A stretch of 64,000 nucleotides of DNA from an uncultured Acidobacteriota bacterium. Lineage in GTDB: Bacteria > Acidobacteriota > UBA6911. The position numbers and the translations under genes were made by a program. Position 1 is the stretch's first letter. Each line of letters opens with the position of its first letter. Of this stretch, positions 20,396 to 31,625 are shown one piece after another. The stretch is taken from NCBI GenBank assembly GCA_963827655.1, contig CAWHCF010000026.1:32001-96000 (forward strand), written 5' to 3'. Below the pieces are notes generated by a model. That model made no database searches. It saw nothing but the letters and a program-made list of their open reading frames with translations, and had not been told where the DNA came from.

Positions 20396-21823
20396 TCAGA
20401 CGATCGGCTCGATGACCGTTCCGTGCAGCTCGGTAAGGCGTTCCTTTCGCCCCTGGTGCAGGTAGCTGAGGGCGTCCTGGTCGAGTCCCAGCTGGTGCAG
20501 AATTGTGGTGTGAATATCGCGAAAGTGGTACGGATTTTCAACGGCGCGCAACCCGATCTCATCGGTAGCGCCCACCACCTGGCCTCCCTTGATGCCGCCG
20601 CCGGCCATCCACATCGTGAACCCGAGGTTATGGTGGTCGCGTCCTTTGCTTCCCTGTGACTCGGGGGAGCGCCCGAACTCGCCGCCCCAAAGTACCAGCG
20701 TGGTGTCGAGCAGCCCGCGCCGCTTCAGGTCTTTCAACAGCGCCGCTACCGGTTGATCCGTATGGGCCGCCATCCTCAGGTGGTTCTCTTCGATGTCGTC
20801 GTGCGCGTCCCATTGCAAGTTGCCCGGCCCCCCACCCGAAACGGGGCAGACAAACCGCACTCCTTTTTCAACCAGCCTGCGCGCAAGGAGGCAGCGGCGC
20901 CCGTAATCGTCGGTCGCCGTCTTTCCGATTCCATAAAGATCGAGCGTCTCTTGCGGTTCGTTCGACAGGTCGAAGACCGCGGGCGCTTCAGTCTGCATCT
21001 TGAAGGCAAGATCGTAGGAGTTGATGCGCGCCGCAAACTCCGTGTCGTCTTCGGTCAGATTTGCCTCATTCAGACGCCGGATCAGATCGAGCGTTTTCCG
21101 CCGTTCCTCGAGCGAAACGCCCTCCGGCAGGTCGAGATTGAGAACCGGGCGTTTCCCGCTGCGCAGCATGGTCGGTTGATACACAGCCGGGAGAAACCCG
21201 TTCAGATACATGGGCTGTCCGGCTTCGAGCGCTCCCTTTGGATCCGGCATCAAAACATAGGCCGGGAGCGATTCGCTTTCCGAGCCGAGACCGTAGATGA
21301 CCCAGGAGCCCATGCTGGGAAAACCTGGAATGACACGACCCGTGAAGAGCTGATACTGCGCCGCCGAATGCACCACCATGTCGCCGTGGCAGGACCGGAT
21401 TACCGCGATATCGTCGATACACTCGGCGGTGTGCGGAAACAGATCCGAAACCTCGATTCCGCTCTTGCCATATTTTTTGAATGTGCGCTTGGTTCCCAGG
21501 AGCTTTGCGTCCGGACTGATGAACTGATACTTGGCTTCGCCGAAGCTCTCCGGGCGCTTCTGGCCGCTGAGCTGGTTCAGCAGCGGCTTCGGATCGAACG
21601 TCTCCATGTGACTGGGTCCGCCGCCCATGAAGAGAAAGATGACCGACTTGGCCTTCGCCTTGTCGGGCATGTGCGGCCGCTTGGGCGCAAGCGGATTGAT
21701 GCTTGCCGCTCGCGCGTCTTCTTGATGCAGCATCGCGGCGTACGCGAGCGCTCCAAAACCGCAGAACGCATCGCAGATGAAATCGCGTCGATTGCGTGTT
21801 AGACGAGTATGTTCGGGCATCAT
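20396..21823 (-). CDS. DUF1501 family protein (sulfatase-like fold), Tat signal
   Basis: RRDF, FMGGGPSHMETFDPKP, WDAH, GGEFGRSP and GRDHH. Confidence 0.92.
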   Translation of the reverse strand: MMPEHTRLTRNRRDFICDAFCGFGALAYAAMLHQEDARAASINPLAPKRPHMPDKAKAKSVIFLFMGGGPSHMETFDPKPLLNQLSGQKRPESFGEAKYQFISPDAKLLGTKRTFKKYGKSGIEVSDLFPHTAECIDDIAVIRSCHGDMVVHSAAQYQLFTGRVIPGFPSMGSWVIYGLGSESESLPAYVLMPDPKGALEAGQPMYLNGFLPAVYQPTMLRSGKRPVLNLDLPEGVSLEERRKTLDLIRRLNEANLTEDDTEFAARINSYDLAFKMQTEAPAVFDLSNEPQETLDLYGIGKTATDDYGRRCLLARRLVEKGVRFVCPVSGGGPGNLQWDAHDDIEENHLRMAAHTDQPVAALLKDLKRRGLLDTTLVLWGGEFGRSPESQGSKGRDHHNLGFTMWMAGGGIKGGQVVGATDEIGLRAVENPYHFRDIHTTILHQLGLDQDALSYLHQGRKERLTELHGTVIEPIV

Positions 21824-21849
21824 TTTCTTTGTGTCTTGGGTGGCAGCTC

Positions 21850-23872
21850 TCAGTTTACATACAAGAAGGCGTTCAGATTAAGCACCGCCAGGGCAAACTC
21901 TCGCAGAGACTGGCTCTTGAGAAAATCAAGCGCTGCCTGCGTTTCCTTGGAGTTCGGCGGGCGTCCCGAAACCAGGCGATAAGCAAGATCGACCTGCCGG
22001 CGGTGGTCAGGTCCGGCATCAGTTTCGAGCCTCTTCGCCAGAGATTCCGCTTGCTGATTGGCAAAGGCGCCGTTCAGCAGCTCGAGCGCCTGGGTGGCAT
22101 GGGTGCTCGATTCCCGCCGTGGACAACTGGCCAGCGCATCCGGCGCGTCGAATACTTCCATGAATGGCACGCGCAGGTTTCGTTTGGCGATCAGATAGAT
22201 GCTGCGTCGCGCATGTTCTGTGGGATCGGGAGTGACGGCCCACTGCGACGGCTTGTAAAGCGCGTTCACCAGTTCTTTGTCGATCGGCACGATGACGCTG
22301 GGTCCGCCCATCTTTGGATTAAAAGCTCCAGAAACGGTCAGCATTGCGTCACGAATCTCCTCGGCTTCGAGGCGCCGCCGGTTGAACTTCCAAAGCAGGG
22401 TGTTTTCCGGGTCTTTCTTGTTGGCCTCGTCGTTCAAGGCACTGGAAGATTGCTGGTAGGTGCTGCTGAGCAGAATCAGCCGGTGTACCGGCTTTAATTT
22501 GAACCCGCCGGCGACGAATTCATTGGCCAGGTAATCGAGCAGCTCCGGGTGCGTCGGGCGGGCGCCCCTGCGCCCGAAGTCGTTCGCAGTGGCCACGATT
22601 CCACGACCGAAGTGATAGTGCCAGGTTCGATTCACCATGACCCGGGCGGTAAGCGGATTTTCGGGATCGACGATCCATTTCGCCAGGCTGGTGCGCGGGT
22701 TGTTCGCGCTCGCCGGCTGCTCCGGGCTCCCGTCAGGCAATAGCACGCCGAGGGGTCGCATGCCGACGCGATCCCCTTTCTTCTGGTACTCGCCTCGAGC
22801 CAGGATGTGAATGGGGCTTTGCTTCTCCGCCTCATTCGCAGACGCTGAATAGTGCCGGGAGGGGCTCAGGCATGCGTTCCTGCGCCTCTTCAATCTTCTT
22901 CTGCATGGCCTGGCGCTGTTCGCCTTTCAAAGGCCTCATGGCTTCGCGCAACCGTTTGATTTCCTGCTCTACCGGCTGCGCCTTTTCCTTCCAGGATGCC
23001 TGCTCTTCGGCGGTGGCATTCGGCACATCCTTGTCGTGCGTGGCAGAAAAATAGGCCTGGATCCGGTAGTAGTCGCTCTGCTTGATGGGATCAAACATGT
23101 GATCGTGGCAGCGCGCGCAGCCGAGCGTAACGCCGAGAAGCGAGGAGCCCACGACGTTGGTCATCTCGGTAAGAACCTCATTGCGGCTGCTTGCCACTTC
23201 CTGGTTACCGGCGTTCTTGCGCAGGGGCCCCAGGCGATTGAAGCCCGCAGCAATCAGCGTTTCCTCCTGACTGGGGCCGATTTCATCGCCGGCGAGTTGC
23301 TCGACTATGAATCGGTCGTACGGCTTGTCGTCGTTGAATGCTTTGATGACGTAATCACGGTAACGCCAGGCGTCTTTGCGGTGGGTGTCGTATTCGAAGC
23401 CGTCGGTTTCGGCGAAGCGCACGACGTCGAGCCAATGCTGCCCCCAGCGCTCGCCGTAATGAGGGCTGGCCAGGAGGCGTTCAACCAGCTTTGGGTACGA
23501 ATCGGGAGACTTATCGGCGATGAACTCGGCTACTTCTTGCGGCGCCGGCGGAAGGCCGATCAAGTCGAAGTAAAGCCGCCGGATCAGAGTGCCCCGGTCC
23601 GCCAGTGGAGCGGGGCGGAGGCCCTCTTTCGTCAGCCGGGCGAGAATGAAGGCGTCAACCGGGTTCTTGACCCAGTTCCGGTCGGCGGGGAGTGTGAAGC
23701 GAGGAATGTCCGGCTGGCTTCGTTTGACAAAAGCCCAGTGCTGGCGCTGCGCGGCCGTGAACTCCCCGAGCGGCGCCGTTTTTTCTTCTGCGAACAAGTA
23801 CGGAAGAAGAACAGCTCCAATGAACCACAGATAAGGGCGCACTGAGGGTCTCTCCACAAAGATGCTGGACAT
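21850..23872 (-). CDS. PSCyt2/PSD1 (DUF1549/DUF1553) protein; frameshift near 22850
   Basis: YGERWGQHWLDVVRFAE, CARCHDH, NPLTARVMVNR and PTHPELLD. Confidence 0.92.
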
Positions 23873-23934
23873 TATACAACGGATGCCAGTTCATGCATAA
23901 GGATCTCTCGCGCCTCGACAATTTTCATATCTGA

Positions 23935-23992
23935 CTTTGGAGTGCGCAAGCTTGCGTGCGCCTTGTGCTGCGGCAGCTTGCTGCACTCTCGT
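23935..23992. repeat. GCGCAAGCTTGC-type palindromic repeat
   Basis: ctttggagtgcgcaagcttgcgtgcgcc; relatives at 35050 and 35305. Confidence 0.65.
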
Positions 23993-24081
23993 TCCGATGG
24001 AATCTCGGCTCCGCCCCGATCTGCGCCTGAAGTATAATCGCAATCAAACGCCCGATAAGCATTCATACGGAGGAAGCTATC

Positions 24082-24861
24082 GTGATCACGCTAGCCCGGT
24101 ATCAGGCTGGAGAAGTTATTGTTCAAGAAAACGACTTTGGCGAAAATGCCTACGTCATCGAACAAGGGCAGGTTGAAGTAACCAAGGAACTGGACGGGCA
24201 AAGCGTCCACCTGGCTTATCTTGGGGCCGGAGAAACCTTTGGCGAAATGAGCATGATTGACGAGAAGCCACGCAGCGCAACCGTGACTGCCGTTACCGAG
24301 ACTGTAGTAAGTGAGATCCGGAGGGAAGACTTTTTCAACAGCTTTCAGACCGACCCAAAAGTGGCGCTCGCGCTTTTAAAAGTGCTCTTCGAGCGTTTGC
24401 GTGAGGCGGATGCCAAGATCTTGCAGCTCCAAAAAGCTGACCCTCAGCACGCGGGGATCCCGAAGGAAGCCTTGGCCGTAGTCCCCCCTCGGGGACAGCT
24501 CACTATCACGCTGGAAGGGGTAACGCCGCGAGCTGCCGCCGCTCTACCGGTAACTCCTTTTCAGATCACACAATTTCCCTTTCGTATTGGCAGACTGAGT
24601 CCAGATCCGCTTATCTATAATGATTTGATGATTCCCGACTCCGTGCCGCTGCAAATCTCTCGGCATCATCTTGCCTTTATCGCATACGAAGATCGTGTAG
24701 GGGTTGTGGACCGAGGTAGCCGCCTGGGTTCATGGGTAGATGGTCAACAGCTCGGTGGGCCGTCCGGTCCCTCTGGCCCCCTGTTTTTTACAGGGTCGGA
24801 AGGGCTTCTTGTGTTAGGGAATCCGGACTCCCCATTCAGATATCGGGTTAGCCTCCGCTAG
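24082..24861 (+). CDS. Cyclic-nucleotide-binding domain fused to a C-terminal FHA domain
   Basis: FGEMSMIDEKPRSAT (cNMP cassette); FRIGR...ISRHH...DRGSRLGSWV (FHA motifs). Confidence 0.85.
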   Translation: MITLARYQAGEVIVQENDFGENAYVIEQGQVEVTKELDGQSVHLAYLGAGETFGEMSMIDEKPRSATVTAVTETVVSEIRREDFFNSFQTDPKVALALLKVLFERLREADAKILQLQKADPQHAGIPKEALAVVPPRGQLTITLEGVTPRAAAALPVTPFQITQFPFRIGRLSPDPLIYNDLMIPDSVPLQISRHHLAFIAYEDRVGVVDRGSRLGSWVDGQQLGGPSGPSGPLFFTGSEGLLVLGNPDSPFRYRVSLR

Positions 24862-25287
24862 CGACCAGCTCGGATCAGGCGTCGGGAAGTTTTAACAAGC
24901 CGCTGGGCCGCGGAAGGTGAGGATCTGGCACCGGACGCCGTGAAGCAGGGTAGCGAGAAAGCGAACGAGGGCGAGGACGCCGCCAACGCCGGACCCGGAG
25001 TCCCAGCCCGCGAATATGTTTCACACAGACCCACCAGCTGGAGAAATTCGCTGGCTACTGCGACGCCTCCGCGATGCAAATCCCTACCTATACTCAAAGT
25101 GTGCCAAGATTCTTGCCTCACAGCGCGCGGTTGACTTAGGATGCCACTCGGCGGCGTGGTGAGGGACATAAAGATTCTTTTCCGAAGCCCGACTGACCGC
25201 TTGCTGACCTGAAATGACGCTTATTTTTCCTCGCCATTGCAATGTGCAACCGTACGCCTCTAAAGGCAGTGACATTATCGACCAGCG

Positions 25288-27909
25288 ATGATCGGTCAAA
25301 CTCTCGGCCAATACCGAATCGAGGAGAAGCTCGGCGAAGGCGGCATGGGCAAGGTCTACCGGGCCCGGGATAGCAGACTCGGACGCCATGTCGCGATCAA
25401 GGTCCTGCCTGAGAACTTCGGGCGCGATCCCGAACGCCTGGCCCGTTTGACTCGTGAGGCGAGGGTGCTGGCTGCCCTCAACCACCCCAATATTGCTGCC
25501 ATTTACCAACTGGAACAGACCGAGGGTAGGACATTCCTGGTGCTGGAACTGGTCGAGGGCGAAAACCTGCGGGTGCCGCTGCCGCTCAACGAAGCCTTAA
25601 GCGTGGCGCGGCAGATCACAGAGGCACTGGAGGCCGCCCATGAGAAGGGGATCGTCCACCGCGACCTGAAGCCAGCGAACATCAAAGTCACTCCGGAACG
25701 CAAGGTCAAGGTCCTGGACTTCGGCTTGGCAAAAGCGCTCCAAGAGCCCGCGGAGACGGACCAGTCGACGACCATCAGCATGGCCACGACGCGGGCGGAC
25801 GCAATTGTGGGGACGCCTGCTTACATGAGCCCGGAGCAGGCGGCGGGCCAGCCTGTGGACAAGCGGACCGACATTTGGTCCTTCGGCTGTGTGCTCTATG
25901 AGATGCTCGCCGGCCGCCGGGCTTTTGGCGGCCAGACGATCATCGAGACGCTCTCGGCGGTGGCGAAGGCCGAGCCTGAGTGGACTCGATTGCCGCCAGC
26001 CACACCCAACACGGTTCGCCAGGTGCTGAATCTCTGCCTCAAGAAGGAGCCTTCCCAACGTCTCCACCACATCGTCGACGCGCGCATCCTCATCGAGCAC
26101 GCGGAGATTCCCTCAGGAATATCCACAACCAGACGCGCGCCGCGTGGGCTGATCCTCGCGGGTGCGGTCGTGCTCGCGGCGTCGATCATGTCGTTCTACC
26201 TGGGCCGCCGCAGCGGTGCGGAACAGCCGCAGGTCGCCCGCCCTCTCACCCACACTGCGATCGACTTGACAGCGAATGCGCAGCTTGCCTTAGGTATTCA
26301 GGTTCCACTGACGGGCTTCGACAGCCCCGTCATTGCGCTCTCTCGCGATGGACGCTACCTCGCTTATGTCGGCCAGTCGCCCTCCGGCACGATGCTGTAT
26401 CTGCGCGAGATCGGAGCCTTGACCGTACGGCCGGTGACCGGCACGGAAGGCGCCATTTACGCCTTCTTTTCACCGGACACCCGCTGGCTCGGCTTTCTCA
26501 CAAACGACAAAGTCAAAAAGGTACCGCTACACAGCGGCGCGCCATCCATCTTGTGCGATGCGCGCCAGCCGATACGCGCAAGCTGGACACTTGACGACAC
26601 GATTTATTTTATCGACGTTTACGGCGGCCGCATTTCTCGTGTCGCGGCCGCAGGCGGCGGCCCAACAGTGGTGGCGGCGGTGCACACCGCAACACCGGAC
26701 GCGGCGAGCGGCAGTTTCAGCCAGGTCTTGCCGAACGGTGAGTGGGCGCTGATGACGAATTGGACGCGAAGCATCAGCGCAGACTACGCGGAGGTCGTGC
26801 TCCGGTCCCTGACGACCGGCGAATCCCGGGTGTTGATCCGGGCTGGATACGACGCACGTTACATCCCGCCTAATCATGTGATGTTCGGGCGCGGCGGAGA
26901 CCTGTTCGCCGTCCGGTTCAATCCTACGCGTGGCGAGATCGAAGGCGACCCCTTCCCCCTGGTGAGCGGCGTGAGCATGGTATCGTTGTGGGGGCAGGTG
27001 CACGCCGCGATCTCGGAGAACGGTCTCATCGCATACGTTCCGGGCGGGGATCTCGCCATCGGACGCCTGGCGTGGGTGGATCGCCAGGGGCGCACCGAGT
27101 TTCTGGCCGCGCCCGCGCGGCTGTACAGTGTGTTCGATCTGGCGCCGGATGGCGAGCGGTTGGCCGTGCACGTGGCCGACGTCACCGATTACATCTGGAT
27201 CTACGACCTCAAGAGGGGCGAGGGGCGGAGGCTGACCGCAGGCAAACACAGCGGCTGGCCGGTCTGGAATCCCGACAGTAGAACAGTCGCATTCTCCGGA
27301 TGGGAGACGCTCGGACGGCACAGCATCTCGACGCAGCCGGCCGACGGGGGAGGCGAAGCCAGGGAGATCCTCGCGCCCTCGCAGGAGAGCCGCCGCAGGA
27401 GCCCCTCGTCCTGGTCGGCTGATCATCGCGTGCTGGCACTCGATCGCTGGGGGGGTGTGAGTTTCCTCAGCCTGAGCGACGCAGAAGTGCGCCCGCCAGA
27501 TCCAAGCCCTAACGAGTGGGGCGCAGACTTTTCGCCCGACGGCCGCTGGGTTGCCTACGTTTCAGAAGAACTTGGGCGCTCAGAGATATTCGTGCGCTCG
27601 TTTCCCGAAGCCAGCACAGTTCGTCAGATATCGACCGAGGGCGGGGTAGAGCCGGTCTGGTGTCCGTGCGGCGAGTTGTTCTGGCGTCATGGCAACCGCT
27701 GGATGTCGGTCGTCGTGCGAACCCAGCCCGCACTGAGTTGGGATCCACCGCAGTTTGTCTTTCAGACCGATTTTATCGACACGGAGGGCCGATCCTACGA
27801 CGTGTCGTCCGACGGCAAGCGGCTGCTCGTGGTAAAGCGTGCCGAACCCTACGAGAGATCGCGCATCTACCTCGTTACTAATTGGATGGAAAAGGTGCTC
27901 CGGCGCTAA
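25288..27909 (+). CDS. Hanks-type Ser/Thr kinase with TM helix and TolB-like (PD40) propeller
   Basis: GEGGMG, HRDLKPAN, DFG and GTPAYMSPE; TM segment, then repeated FSPDG motifs. Confidence 0.95.
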   Translation: MIGQTLGQYRIEEKLGEGGMGKVYRARDSRLGRHVAIKVLPENFGRDPERLARLTREARVLAALNHPNIAAIYQLEQTEGRTFLVLELVEGENLRVPLPLNEALSVARQITEALEAAHEKGIVHRDLKPANIKVTPERKVKVLDFGLAKALQEPAETDQSTTISMATTRADAIVGTPAYMSPEQAAGQPVDKRTDIWSFGCVLYEMLAGRRAFGGQTIIETLSAVAKAEPEWTRLPPATPNTVRQVLNLCLKKEPSQRLHHIVDARILIEHAEIPSGISTTRRAPRGLILAGAVVLAASIMSFYLGRRSGAEQPQVARPLTHTAIDLTANAQLALGIQVPLTGFDSPVIALSRDGRYLAYVGQSPSGTMLYLREIGALTVRPVTGTEGAIYAFFSPDTRWLGFLTNDKVKKVPLHSGAPSILCDARQPIRASWTLDDTIYFIDVYGGRISRVAAAGGGPTVVAAVHTATPDAASGSFSQVLPNGEWALMTNWTRSISADYAEVVLRSLTTGESRVLIRAGYDARYIPPNHVMFGRGGDLFAVRFNPTRGEIEGDPFPLVSGVSMVSLWGQVHAAISENGLIAYVPGGDLAIGRLAWVDRQGRTEFLAAPARLYSVFDLAPDGERLAVHVADVTDYIWIYDLKRGEGRRLTAGKHSGWPVWNPDSRTVAFSGWETLGRHSISTQPADGGGEAREILAPSQESRRRSPSSWSADHRVLALDRWGGVSFLSLSDAEVRPPDPSPNEWGADFSPDGRWVAYVSEELGRSEIFVRSFPEASTVRQISTEGGVEPVWCPCGELFWRHGNRWMSVVVRTQPALSWDPPQFVFQTDFIDTEGRSYDVSSDGKRLLVVKRAEPYERSRIYLVTNWMEKVLRR

Positions 27910-28143
27910 ACGAGTGAACGTCATGAGCATCTCCGCCGAAGCGCACGTTGCGTCGACGTCGACCTCGCAGCCGTCCTCGGTCCCCCGGACCGGCGTCTGG
28001 TACGCTCGGAAGCAAGGCCCTCCGGCGCGCACCCAGGAGGTGTCCATGTTCGCTCGTACGCGCTAGAATGGCCGAGGTTGCTCTGGGTAATACAAGCCGG
28101 GGGATGCCCGACCAGCGGCGACTAAGCCTGAGACAGGAGGCAT

Positions 28144-31100
28144 ATGAGACCGTTTATTCTGTGCTGCGTGATTTCGATTCGGTTGATGGCCGGCGTGGCT
28201 TTCGGCCAGACTGCCAGTATCACGGGATTAATAAAAGACCAGACTGGAGCGGTTCTGCCGGGAGCGACAGTGCTGCTGGTAAATGTTGAGACCGGGATCC
28301 AGCGTACAACTCTGACTAACGATGAGGGATATTACACGCTCCAGCTATTACAGCCTGGAGACTATCGGATTTCGGTCCAGGCGACCGGCTTCAAGCCGAT
28401 CGTTCGCTCGGGAATAAAGCTCGAGGTGCAACAGATAGCGCGCATCGATTTCGCCATGGAGCTTGGAGAGCTTACCCAAGAGATAAATGTTACCGGCGCG
28501 GCGCCTTTGCTCGAGCAGGAGAGTTCCTCGTTGGGAGAAGTAATACAGGGCCGCAAAGTGGAGGACCTGCCCTTGAACGGGCGCAACCCCCTCGCCCTGG
28601 TCGCGCTGGTGCCAGGCGTCGTGCCGCAGGGCCTGTCACAAGTCGCTCCGGCGGTGCCGAATTTTTATGCCTTCGGGAATTTCCAGATCAGCGGCGCCCT
28701 GGGCAATCAGAGCGAGATGACGTGGGACGGTGCGATTCTGAATGGTCCTTTAATGAACGGTATCAGGTTCGTCCCCACAGCAGATTCGATCGAAGAGTTC
28801 AGGGTGCAGACCAATAACCTTTCCGCCGAATTCGGCCGCAGCGCCGGCGGTATCGTAAGTGTGGTTACCAAGTCAGGAACCAACGAGTTCCACGGCAGCG
28901 CGTATGAGTTTCTGCGCAATAAGGTGCTGAACGCGAATACATTCTTCAACAATGCCAGGGGCGTCGAGAGACCTGATTTTACTCAAAACCAGTTCGGGGC
29001 GACATTCGGCGGACGCATAATCCGCGACAAAACATTCTTCTTTACCAGCTTCGAAGGTTTCCGGCTGCGGCAGGGCCGCTCGGAGATATTCACCGTGCCT
29101 ACGATGAAAATGCTGGCGGGCGATTTCTCAGAGATCGGGCGAAACGTTTATGATCCGCTGACGACGCGGCCGGATCCCGCTAACCCGGGCCAGTTCATTC
29201 GCGATCCCTTTCCTGGAAACATCATTCCGCGGGAACGCATTGATACAGTCGCCGCACAATACGTGGCGCAGCGAATGTGGGCATTGCCCAATAGTCCGGG
29301 AGCCGCATTCAACTGGGCCGGCAATACCAAGGTGCGCGCGAACTCCGAGCAATTCACTGCTCGCTTGGACCATATGCTTGGTGAAAAACAGAAAATCCTG
29401 GGACGCTACTCGATCTGGAAAGCGGGCACCCCAGGACCGTTTGCCTTTAATAACGGACTGATAGTGCAGGATCAGAGCATATTCCCGGACTTCCGGCAGA
29501 CCCAACAGGCTGTTTTTGAAGATGTCGTATCCTTCTCTCCCAACACGATTGCTGATTTCCGTTTTTCATACATGCGCTTCGGTTACGATCGCCGCCCGGG
29601 AACCCAAGGCCAGGACTTGACCGCGCTGGGCCTCCCCGCCAATCTGAACGGTCAGATACCATCGGAGTTCCGGCATGTTCCCAATGCTTTCCCTACAGGT
29701 TTCGCCTTTCTTTGGGGTGGTAGCGTGATCTTCCAGGCTGAGGATGTTTACCAGGTTGTGGCCAACTTGAGCAGCATCAGAGGCCGGCACAGGATCAAGT
29801 TCGGAATTGATTTTCGACCGATACGTTTGAACTACACGCAGAGTAACGATACCACTGGCGCTTTCACGGCCAACGGGCTGTTCACCGCCATCGATCCTCT
29901 CAGACCTGCGGGAACCGGGCATTCCTTTGCCGACTTCATGCTGGGGTACCCAAACTCAGGTCAGATCAACACTCCCGCTCGCCTGGCGCAGCAACGCTTC
30001 TACCGCGCTTTCTATTTTCATGATGACATCCATGTGACCAGCACCCTGACGCTCAATCTCGGCGTGCGTTATGATCAGGATGGGGGTTGGAGTGAACGGT
30101 TCGACAGGCAGAGCTTCTTCATGCCGGATGCCGAACATCCACTGGCGGCAGAAACAGGTTTGCCGCTAGTCGGCAGGTTGGGATTAGTCAATTCGCCTGA
30201 TCGCGAGAGCCGCCTCCTGGCGGACACCTTCCTGGGGCAGATTGCCCCGCGATTCGGATTCGCTTACCAGCTTTCCAGCAAGCTGGTAGTCCGAGGAGGG
30301 TATGGCATTTTCTGGCTGCCCAAGACGATTGCGCGCCGAGAGGTGGTTGCCGAGGCGACCGGCTTCAGAACTACGCTTTTTGTCAGCTCCCTTGACGGCC
30401 AGCTGACACCGCTCGATCGTTTAAGTAATCCATTCCCAGGCGGTGTATTACAGCCGGTCGGACGCGATCCAATTTTTCAAGCCCTGCTCACCGGTCAATC
30501 CTGTCCGCAGCACGTTTCCCGACGAATATGCCTATTCGCAGCAGTGGAACTTCAACGTCCAGCATGAACTTCCCGGCGACTTGTTGATTGATGCGGCCTA
30601 TGCCGGCCTGAAGGGCACCAGACTACCCCTTCCTACAGTCCAGCTCAACCAGTTGCCGGTCGAGTTCTTGTCGCTGGGCAGCGGCCTGAACGCTCAAGTG
30701 CCCAATCCTTTCTTGGGCTCGATCAGTTCGGGACCATTGTCGAGGCCCACTGTTGCGCGTGGTCAACTGCTGCGGCCTTTTCCACACTACAGCGATGTCT
30801 TGATAAGAACCCGTTCGCCGGCAGCTCGACGTATCATTCAATGCAGCTGAAAGTGGAGAAGCGCTTCAGGGGCGGTTCCGGTCTTCTGGCCAGCTATACG
30901 ATATCCAAGCTGATCACTGATTCCGAAACTCTTACTACCTGGCTCGAAGCCGGAGTAGCCGGGTTTCAAAACTTCCATAACCGGAGGGCCGAGCGATCGA
31001 TTTCCAGTCAGGATGTTCCTCAGCGATTGGTTCTCAGTTACGCGCTGGACTTGCCCTTTGGGCGTGGACGAAGATTCCTCGGCGGCGCCAGTGGTGGGGC

Positions 31101-31575
31101 GGATAAGTTGATTTCAGGATGGGCGGTCAATGGCATTTACACCTTGCAAGACGGAAATCCCATATTCTTGACCACCGCGACCAACTTGACCAACTCTTTT
31201 GGTGGCGGGTCACGGCCTAACAATAATGGCCAGAGCGCGGAACTGACAGGCTCCGCGAAAGAGCGGCTGAATCGATGGTTCGATACTTCGGTGTTCACCC
31301 AGCCGCCGGCTTTCACCTTTGGTAACGTGTCGCGAACCCTGCCGGACGTGCGCACTCACGGGATCAACAACTTTGATTTTTCTATTTTCAAGAATACATA
31401 CTTCGGACCTGAGGCCAGATTGAATCTGCAATTCCGTGCCGAGTTCTTTAATCTGTTTAATCGAACTAACTTCGGCACTCCGGGTCAAATCCTTGGAACA
31501 CCGCAATTCGGGATTGTCAGTTCGCAGCGAAACGAGCCGCGGCTGGTCCAGTTTGCCTTGAAATTTGTGTTCTAA
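28144..31575 (+). CDS. TonB-dependent transporter, Oar-like; frameshifts near 30500 and 30815
   Basis: DLPLNGRN, TKSGTNEFHG, IAPRFGFAY and terminal RLVQFALKFVF across three ORFs. Confidence 0.92.
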
Positions 31576-31577
31576 AG

Positions 31578-31622
31578 ATTCTTGGTGTTTCTTCGTGTCT
31601 TTGAGTCTTGGTGGTATTTGTT
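31578..31622 (+). repeat. Family A repeat filling almost the whole spacer between two convergent stop codons
   Basis: attcttggtgtttcttcgtgtctttgagtcttggtggtatttgtt. Confidence 0.92.
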
Positions 31623-31625
31623 AAG

